Assembly (NCBI GenBank): GCA_002269645.1
Contig: NIVC01005042.1
Location: 1-27,966 of the forward strand
Source: Macrostomum lignano
Taxonomy: Eukaryota
Direction: 5' to 3'
Length of the DNA: 27,966 nucleotides
A program made the translations under genes and the position numbers. Positions 20,678-27,966 of this stretch are shown here, piece after piece. The notes under the pieces are model-generated. The model searched no databases. It saw only the letters and a program-made list of their open reading frames with translations, and was not told the DNA's origin. The first letter of the stretch is position 1. Each line of letters starts with the position of its first letter.

Positions 20678-20760
20678 CGCTGTTTCGTTTAGTGTCAGCC
20701 CCTCTCCACCTGGCTGCTGTGTATGTTATTGGAGTTTCCAATCAGCAGTTTGCCATCTTG
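19400..20760 (-). pseudogene. Decayed coding-like sequence within the CpG-free block
   Basis: Residual ORFs 19873..20127 and 20418..20741, plus a stop-riddled continuation ending ...DFYKEDSEEESCHY. Family not identified. Confidence 0.25.
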
Positions 20761-21169
20761 GCCCCGGTGCTATTAATAATGTGCACGCCACCATCTCACT
20801 AGCTCCCAGTTGAATTCTGTTTATATCAGCAGCCGCCCCCGGCTCCGTGCGCCCTCTGCCTGGCACAAATTAAACCCGATCGATAACCCCCCGCCCCCCC
20901 CTAATTTAGTTGATTTGCGCGCCACAGCAGTCCGCTCTGATTTTATCCGCCGGCCGTGGCAGTGGAATAATTTCATATTATTTAGCTGGTTGCCCCTCCC
21001 CCCCGGGGCGCTGGCTCGTGCTAGCAATTAGTCTTGTACTCAGTTTATTCCCTCTCGCTCTGCGCCGCGGGTTGGGGTGGGCGCCGCGGAGGTTGGGGTG
21101 GCTGTGCTGAGTGTACATCCTATTCTCGCCAGCCGCCCGGTCCCACTGCGCCGTTCTGTTTAGTGCGTG

Positions 21170-21176
21170 TATAAAA
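21170..21176 (+). promoter_or_regulatory. TATA box upstream of profilin
   Basis: TATAAAA in a GC-rich context about 160 bp upstream of the profilin ATG. Confidence 0.5.
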
Positions 21177-21328
21177 CAGGCGCCAGGCTTTAAAATCGGC
21201 CTTTCTTTGCCTTTTCTCTCTGAGCCGGAAACATTTAACAATTTTATTACCACCGAGCTGCCTGCCGCCTTTTTTACTCTCTGCTGCAACTTTCCGCCTT
21301 TCTGTTTCATTCGCCAGCTGCCATCGCC

Positions 21329-21739
21329 ATGTCTTGGGACTCCTGGGTGTCGAACCTCCTTCAGTATCCCGGCGTCAACTTCGGCGCCATCTGCGGCAAC
21401 GACGGCAGCGTGTGGGCCAAGTCCGAGAACTTCGTCGCCTCGCCCGAGGAGCTGCAGGCCCTGGCCGCCGGGATCGGCAAGAACAACGCCGGCGAGTTCC
21501 AGTCCTTCAAGCTGAACGGCGAGAAGTTCATGACTATCCGGCTGTTGAACCGCGAGCTGGACGCCAAGAAGCTGCAGTCCAGCGTGACGGTGATGGGCTG
21601 CACCCAGTGCTTCGTGATCGGCGGCTACATTGCCTCGTCCGAGGGCTCCGGCGAGCCCAATATGGGTACCGGCGGCGGTCAGAAGGTGAACGTGGCCGTG
21701 TCCAAGCTGAAGGACAGCCTCGTGGCCAGCGGCTACTGA
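21329..21739 (+). CDS. PFN: Profilin (intronless, 136 aa)
   Basis: Profilin hallmarks: MSWDSWV N-terminus, GAICGNDGSVWAKS, LNGEKFMTIR, C-terminal helix VSKLKDSLVASGY. Strong GC3 bias; GCCATG start context. Confidence 0.97.
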   Translation: MSWDSWVSNLLQYPGVNFGAICGNDGSVWAKSENFVASPEELQALAAGIGKNNAGEFQSFKLNGEKFMTIRLLNRELDAKKLQSSVTVMGCTQCFVIGGYIASSEGSGEPNMGTGGGQKVNVAVSKLKDSLVASGY

Positions 21740-22023
21740 AGCCGCGGGTGCTGCCGGACTCCTGTTAGACCCGAAGCTATCTAATCATTGCTCCCGCCGT
21801 TCTCCCCATTCCCTCAGCTGCCCTTCCCCAATTCCGCAGTTACTCCCGCAAATTTGTGTCGCTTCCATCGCTGAAGTCTTCGTTCATTTTGTTTTACTCT
21901 AAAAAAATTTTTTGCTGGCGCCCCACGGCTACCGCGAGTTTTCTTGCTTTCCTGTGCAACGTTTGACGCGCCAGTTCTCTCCGCTCCTTCCATGTTGTGT
22001 CCTCTTTCTTTGAGAGCAAGCAG

Positions 22024-22029
22024 AATAAA
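22024..22029 (+). terminator. Candidate polyadenylation signal for profilin
   Basis: First AATAAA after the stop, about 285 nt downstream; further copies near 22252-22340. Confidence 0.4.
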
Positions 22030-23695
22030 CAGCTTCAGTTTGGCAATCAGACAGCAGCGACAGGCAATATACGGCATTAGTCTGATGATGTGTTTTTCTC
22101 TTTGCTATCACCTTATTTTGTAGCCTGAATTCACCGTCTGCTGGCTTGTTTTGCTAGCAGAACCCGCCCCGGCCCGTGTTGGTCAGCTGAGCGCTGCCGA
22201 GCCGCTTTACTAGTAGTGTTAATATTAATTATTGTTACTCAACTATCAAGCAATAAATACCATCGCTAAATAAAGGCTTCAGTGCAAAAAATGCAAAAAA
22301 ACACATTTTTGTTCTACAGTCTCCCGCTTTTGCAATAAAAAGTGAATTTCCGGTGTGGAGCGTCCTGGTGTCTTGCCGTGTCTCAATTTTGCTAACGGGC
22401 ACCAGCGGGTATTGCAAACTCAGAGTAAGTTCGAGAACTTCTTTGTAGCTGGCGCATTTCGATGATGCATGAGAAATTCAGCTTCTTTAGCGGCTGCCAA
22501 GGGAAAGACGAAGTTCGTTGTTTTCTCTTCTCTAAGTTCGAGTCTTGAAATTATTTTTGCCCGCCAAGTTTATGGCTGCAGCATGAGTTGCTCGGGCTGC
22601 TTGCTTGTGCTCAATGTAGTTTAGAGTTGGGGGGGAAGGAGGCAAGTCTGAGTCAACTTCATTCTGCAGTGTCCATTATTAAACAGTCTTGTTAATTAAC
22701 CAGGATAACACCAGCATGCAAGTAAATAACCTCTGGGTGAGAGACAAAATCCGGGCGGCTTGTTGGCACTCTATGGTCCAAATAGACGGGCGACTCGGGG
22801 ACGATCTTTTTTGATGAGGATGGACACTTGTAGAGCACAGCAGGGCGCCGTTGGAGAACAGAAACAGCTACAGCACGGGATCCATACAACAGGATAAGCA
22901 ATGCAAAGTACGATTTAATTGTACTGTGCCAATTTCGCGTTTGATAAAGTTGAAGCCCTGTGAATCCATCCGAATTCTTTGTGTCCAGTCCGTGCTTGCC
23001 TGTATTATAGCACTGCAGACAGTTTTCACCTCTCCTGTCAGCTGGCTGCCTCAGCCACGCACAGCAAGTCAGTCAGCAACCCCTGAGAACGAGTGCATTT
23101 CGTCATATCTGCAAACAACTGCATCTGCATTTGCAGTGCAGCCACGCATGCAGACTGCTATAGCCGCAGCATTTTCTTGGATCTTATCGGATAAACACGT
23201 TGCACGTCATAAATTTCTGATGATGTTGCGTACATGCATAGCTACCTGCAGTTAACTGGGGGGCCTGACATGATCTGCGCGTATCCGCAGACTGCTTGGA
23301 TCTCTGCATGTACCCCAGCTACTGCCACTCAGCAGTAAGCAACTCAAGCCAGACAACACATTTCTATGCTGGATTTGCCACCCGCTTCAGAATGAAGTCT
23401 GGCGCGCGTTCGTCTGCTGCATTGGTCCCGGGGGAGCCTTGCCGAAAAATTTCATTTATTCTCTGTCTACCAACTGGTTTGCAGAATTTTGCTATTGCGC
23501 AGATCTACATAGTTGATAGGAACCAACTATACTTTCATTCTCAAGCCCTTGCCTACATGTAATTTTATCTGCCTGTGGTTCGATCTTTAGAAACGTAATT
23601 AACCCCATGTTGAGCTGTGCTTTACTCGTACTCTTGGCTAAACGGAGCTTAGCACCCAGCTCTACGAATATTCAAATACATGTATACGATTCTCC

Positions 23696-24286
23696 CTGAG
23701 CACTTTGGAGTGAATGGAGCTGAGCACTCGATCTGGGTGAATGGAGCTGAGCACTCTGGGGTGAATGGAGCTTAGCACTCTGGGGTGAATGGAGCTTAGC
23801 ACTCTGGGGTGAATGGAGCTTAGCACTCTCGGGTGAATGGAGCTGCATGAGCACTCTAGGGAGAATAGAGCTGAGCACTCTGGGGTGAATGGAGCTTAGC
23901 ACTCTCGGGTGAATGGAGCTTAGCACTCTCGGGTGAATGGAGCTGAGCACTCTAGGGAGAATAGAGCTGAGCACTCTGGGGTGAATAGAGCTGAGCACTG
24001 AATTGAGCTGACCACTCTGGGGTGAATAGAGCTGACCACTCTGGGGTGAATAGAGCTGACCACTCTGGGGTGAATTGAGCTGAGCAATCTGGGGTGAATT
24101 GAGCTAAGCAATCTGGGGTGAATTGAGCTGACCACTCTGGGGTGAATTGAGCTGACCACTCTGGGGTAAATAGAGCTGAGCACTCGGGTGAATAGAGCTG
24201 AGCACTCTGGGTGAATGGAGCTGAGCACTCTGGGGTGAATGGAGCTGAGCACTCTGGGGTAAATAGAGCTGAGCACTCGGGGTGAA
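23696..24286. repeat. 24-bp minisatellite (GAGCACTCTGGGGTGAATGGAGCT consensus), about 24 copies, intergenic
   Basis: Directly visible; produces spurious 8-aa repeat ORFs (VLSSIHPR, SAQLHSPQ). Confidence 0.97.
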
Positions 24287-24759
24287 GATTCTCTTATTTT
24301 GGTACTTTACCTGCCCATTTCCCCCATGCAGTTCAAGAAAGTAAAACACTCGACAGTCGCTAGTGAGTTGCCATGCAACTGGTCGACTGGTCGACTGGTT
24401 CAGTGGCAATACACACTGCTACTACACGTAGAGACAGAGCGAGTTATGCATGCGGCGGTTTGTTTCTAGGAATTCAGCTCACATTTAAGTTCGCATTACA
24501 ACTGCCCTAAAAATTCATTAATTTGCTCAATCCATTCAGAGCACTGTACATGCAAAGCGAGTGCATTATGCAGGCCTCTCTGTCCCCTTCTCTCTTTCCC
24601 TGTATGCACACCGCTGATTGCCCAGCCCGTGTTCAGCATTGTTCTATTTATAGAAAGAAGCATTGCACTGCCAGCTCAGTCCCTCCACGCTGGCAGCCAA
24701 ACCGGGCATTTATTGTGCCACCCTTGCATTTGGCATAACCAGTTTGCACCTGAGCCGAG

Positions 24760-26458
24760 ATGAAGCCGGCAACTCCTGCAGTGCACCAGCAGTCCGGTCT
24801 GCGCCTCCGCTCCTCGGTGAACCTCTGGCTGGTGGCGTTGCGCCTTGCTTGCCTGGCCGGCCTTCTGGCCACCTCTGTGTGCCTCAACTGGTGGACACCT
24901 GTGCTGGCCGGGGCGCTGGCCCTCAGCTATCGATGGTCCGCCACCCGCCTCACTGCCGTGGACCCGAAGATGAGCCAGCGAACCTTCAGAAGAAGCGTCG
25001 CTGGAAGAATCCGCTGCGCGGGAAGCCGACCTCCGGGTCCTTGACCGACCTGCCCGAGCCGCGGCTGCTGGAGCTCCAAACGGCCGCCCTCAGCGACGCG
25101 CTTGCTGACGGCGCTGATGACACTGACACCGTTGACGACTGCCAAGCGCTGCGTGCCTTTGAGCCCGTCCGGCGGGGCACCGCGTGCGCGTTCGCCCGGC
25201 GCGCGCGGCTCTGGGGCGGCCCGGCCTGGCGGCCTCGCCTGCCGCTGGCCGCCAACGCAGCCGCCTGTGCGCCCCGGCTGCGCCTCTTCTGCCGCGTCTG
25301 CGCCGAGCTCGGGCTCGACGGCTTCGTCATCCGCCTGGTCGGCGAGCACCTGTGCGGTGACTTTCGACGCTTCAGCGCTGCCGTGTACGGCACGCTGAGC
25401 ACCCTGGCCGCCTGCAACACCGGCGGCGGCGGGGACTGCATGGCCGAGCCGCACCGCCTGCACCAGACGGGTTGGGTGTTCCGCTTCCACGGACAGACCT
25501 TCTTTGTCACCACCTTCGCACCCTTCTACGGCCCGGAGGACAGCAGATTCGCTTTTGGCGCATCTGATGGGTGAGTTGCTTCCCCGTTGCCCTGGCTGAT
25601 CCCCTTGTGCCCTGGCTCCTCTGGTGCCCTGGCTGATCCCCTTGTGCCCTGGCTACCCTTGTGCCCTGGCTCCTCTGGTGCCCTGGCTGATCCCCTTGTG
25701 CCCTGGCTACCCTTGTGCCCTGGCTCCTCTGGTGCCCTGGCTGATCCCCTTGTGCCCTGGCTACCCTTGTGCCCTGGCTCCTCTGGTGCCCTGGCTGATC
25801 CCCTTGTGCCCTGGCTACCCTTGTGCCCTGGCTCCTCTGGTGCCCTGGCTCCCCCAGTGCCCTGGCTCCCCCGGTGCCCTGGCTCCCCGGTGCCCTGGCT
25901 CCCCCGGTGCCCTGGCTCCCCCGGTGCCCTGGCTCCCACTGTGCCCTGGCTCCCCCTGTGCCCTGACTCCCCCGGTGCCCTGGCTCCTACTGTGCCCTGG
26001 CTCCCCTGTGCCCTGGCTCCCCGGTGCCCTGGCTCCCACTGTGCCCTGGCTCCCCTGGTTATTCTAACAGCTCTGATACCAAAATGACGTTCCATTCTCC
26101 GCACAGGTGATACTCATGTACAATCCCCCTTCAACTGAACTCGCGCAGGTTCCTTCTGCTGCAGCCCGAGCTGTCCTTCGCCCAGCACGACCTGCCGCCG
26201 GACACGCCGCATACAAACTGGGGCGGCGCCGAAGAGGGCGACGGTCATCAGACGGTTCGCGACCGGATTCGCTGCGCCTTCAGGGACGCGGGCCAGGCCT
26301 ACCGGATCCGGGATACGACCGTGTACCCTATGATAGAGGACATCGTCATGCCGCCGAAGTCTATGGGATCAGCCGACCTACCCGAAGGCAGCAGGTGGTG
26401 GGAGGTCGGCCTGGCAGCTGAAAACGAGGGCGAGAAATCGACAGACGACTTACAGTGA
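24760..26458 (+). CDS. YqcI/YcgG-family protein (heme-dependent guanidine N-oxygenase-like) with probable N-terminal membrane anchor; 2 exons, about 373 aa, one frameshift near 24960
   Basis: join(24760..25570, 26149..26458); donor GG|GTGAGT at 25571, acceptor CGCGCAG at 26148, phase 2. Motifs GTACAFA, GWVFRFHGQTFFVTTFAPFYGPEDSRFAFG, LLQPELSF and VRDRIRCAF match the YqcI/YcgG pattern as I know it. A hydrophobic N-terminus lies in the +1 frame (ORF 24760..25044). Confidence 0.8.
25589..26058. repeat. Intronic composite repeat: GTGCCCTGGCT core with short variable linkers; 54-bp higher-order unit at the 5' end
   Basis: More than 20 core copies; the GTGCCCTGGCTGATC unit recurs at 54-bp spacing (25624, 25678, 25732, 25786). 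Confidence 0.95.
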
Positions 26459-27966
26459 AGGCGACCCACAATCTGCATTTGGTGTTTTGGGAAACACATG
26501 ATAGAGGCAAATTTTACTGGCTGCTGCATGTAAATAAATGTGCGTGCGCCTTCATTGGAAGCCTTGTACAGTTTAAATATTTCACTTGAAACCATATGCA
26601 ATTTTGGCCGTCATTCACCAGACTCTTCTTCGACCATATGCCATAATTCTGCTATTCATTGAAAAGTGTTCAAAGTGTCGACTTTTATGTACACATAAAA
26701 TCTGTCATTGAAAGCTGAAATACACTGCACCACGTGCATAAATGTATCTACACCAGAAATTTTTTAAACGTTACATGTTACAATTATGTACATGCATGTA
26801 ATAATAGGACTAAAATGTGATACATATAGGTAAAATTGCTATGTACATTTCGATCGAGGCACATACGCTCGTATTGAGCATTCACATTGTTTACTTGTAG
26901 TTAGGACAAAAATTGATATAAAACTTCGCGTATAGTAGCGTTTTATACAAGTCATTTGTTCTTTAAGTTTGTCCTGGCAATAAATTTGCCGCTAGCTGCA
27001 TGTATAATCAAGTATCAATCAGTCATCAATCAATCAGCTGGTAGCAAAAATCGAAATGGATCAAATGGCTGTGAATCCAGTTCTGCTTTGGGTCGTCTAA
27101 ACCAGCCTTAATTGATTTGTTTTGTTTAATGACTAAATTCAAGGCCTGGGGCACTTGGGGAATCTATAAGCGTACACGATCGACACTCGATTCAGCCATA
27201 TAACTATGTACAAATTTCATGTGCATAAGTCCCAGTTAACACGAAGTTTCACTATAATTTTTAAATTTTCCTTTAGGTAAAATTGAGCCTCATATACCTG
27301 AAACATCGCAGTAGAAAATAGAATTACAAGTCATTCTTCACGTAATTCAGGCCTCGAGGAAACGATAATGATATGATATGATATTATACATGTTATGCGT
27401 CAATAACACTCAGATATATAGTGTGGGGTGTTATTGTAACAAAAGGTGCCCAGCTCCCAAAGAAGCTACAAAAAGCAGCAAGTCGACCAGAAAAGGGAGT
27501 CGCTCACGCGGGAGAGCGACAAGACTCCAAGTCAAACGCAAAAAGCAACAAAGTAACATGTACAGGAAAATAAAAGCGTAAGACGAAGTAAAACAAGCCT
27601 CAGGCCCAGAAGACGGCAACCAAATGCGACAAACTCGTAAAAGTAGAAGTCACAATACGAGCGTAGAAGTAGAAGTAGAGTGTTATTTTTGAGAATCTGT
27701 AATAGTGCAATGACGACTATGACGGTGTGAAGTGAATTGCGTTGTTTTAATTTTACATGCTTCATGTAATATTTCAAGTTGTAGAAATGTTTCGTCTCGC
27801 CCCCCGCCGGCCGGCGACGTATCTGTTTCCCATAGATATTCGTATTGATATTCAATTTCTAACAAATGCAACAAAATAAACCTACTTGTACAGCTCGGAT
27901 TTGCTTGAAAATTTACAGAAAAATTATTACACAACAAACAAACACCTCTGTGAAACTTCAAGTCCA

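Noticed and set aside
16163-21329. Functional linkage of cGLR and profilin through a shared bidirectional promoter
   Set aside because: The starts are more than 5 kb apart, separated by a decayed AT-rich block, and profilin has its own TATA box.
22690-22960. GPCR-like fragment (CLSCCMDPVL) on the minus strand
   Set aside because: A single short motif followed by a stop, with no other transmembrane helices.
25526-26104. Collagen-like or Pro-rich ORFs (GARAPEEPGHKGSQ, VPWLPLCPG)
   Set aside because: Translations of an intronic tandem repeat; there is no true Gly-X-Y register.
26088-26110. Strong acceptor CCGCACAG immediately followed by GT (recursive-splice-like site)
   Set aside because: Using it as the exon 2 acceptor gives an immediate TGA; the 26148 acceptor preserves the conserved frame. 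Recursive splicing cannot be judged without RNA data.
27800-27820. GC palindrome CGCCGGCCGGCG as a Helitron 3' hairpin
   Set aside because: No properly spaced CTRR terminus and no other Helitron features.
26600-27966. Short ORFs in the AT-rich right end
   Set aside because: Low GC3, no motifs and no convincing splice structure.

Overview
Eukaryotic (animal) genomic DNA with spliceosomal GT-AG introns, GC3-rich exons and many tandem repeats. Intron sizes, repeat load and the style of the Mab-21 gene suggest a free-living flatworm such as Macrostomum, but this is inference only. Four genes are supported. (1) A large acidic, low-complexity protein gene on the minus strand, running off the left edge, with apparent compensating frameshift pairs. 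(2) The most notable feature: an 8-exon minus-strand gene (10190-16163, about 1588 aa in a phase-consistent splice model) fusing about 26 ankyrin repeats to a cGAS/Mab-21-like nucleotidyltransferase (cGLR) with an apparently intact GS...DxD...D active site, followed by an unassigned domain of about 290 aa. (3) An intronless profilin. (4) A two-exon YqcI/YcgG-family gene (mostly bacterial heme guanidine N-oxygenases) with a putative heme Cys and a probable N-terminal membrane anchor. Also present: five mini/microsatellites (most inside introns, one built from an exon-intron junction), a ~2.7 kb almost CpG-free and TpA-rich block holding a MITE-like relic and decayed coding sequence, and low-confidence gene remnants.
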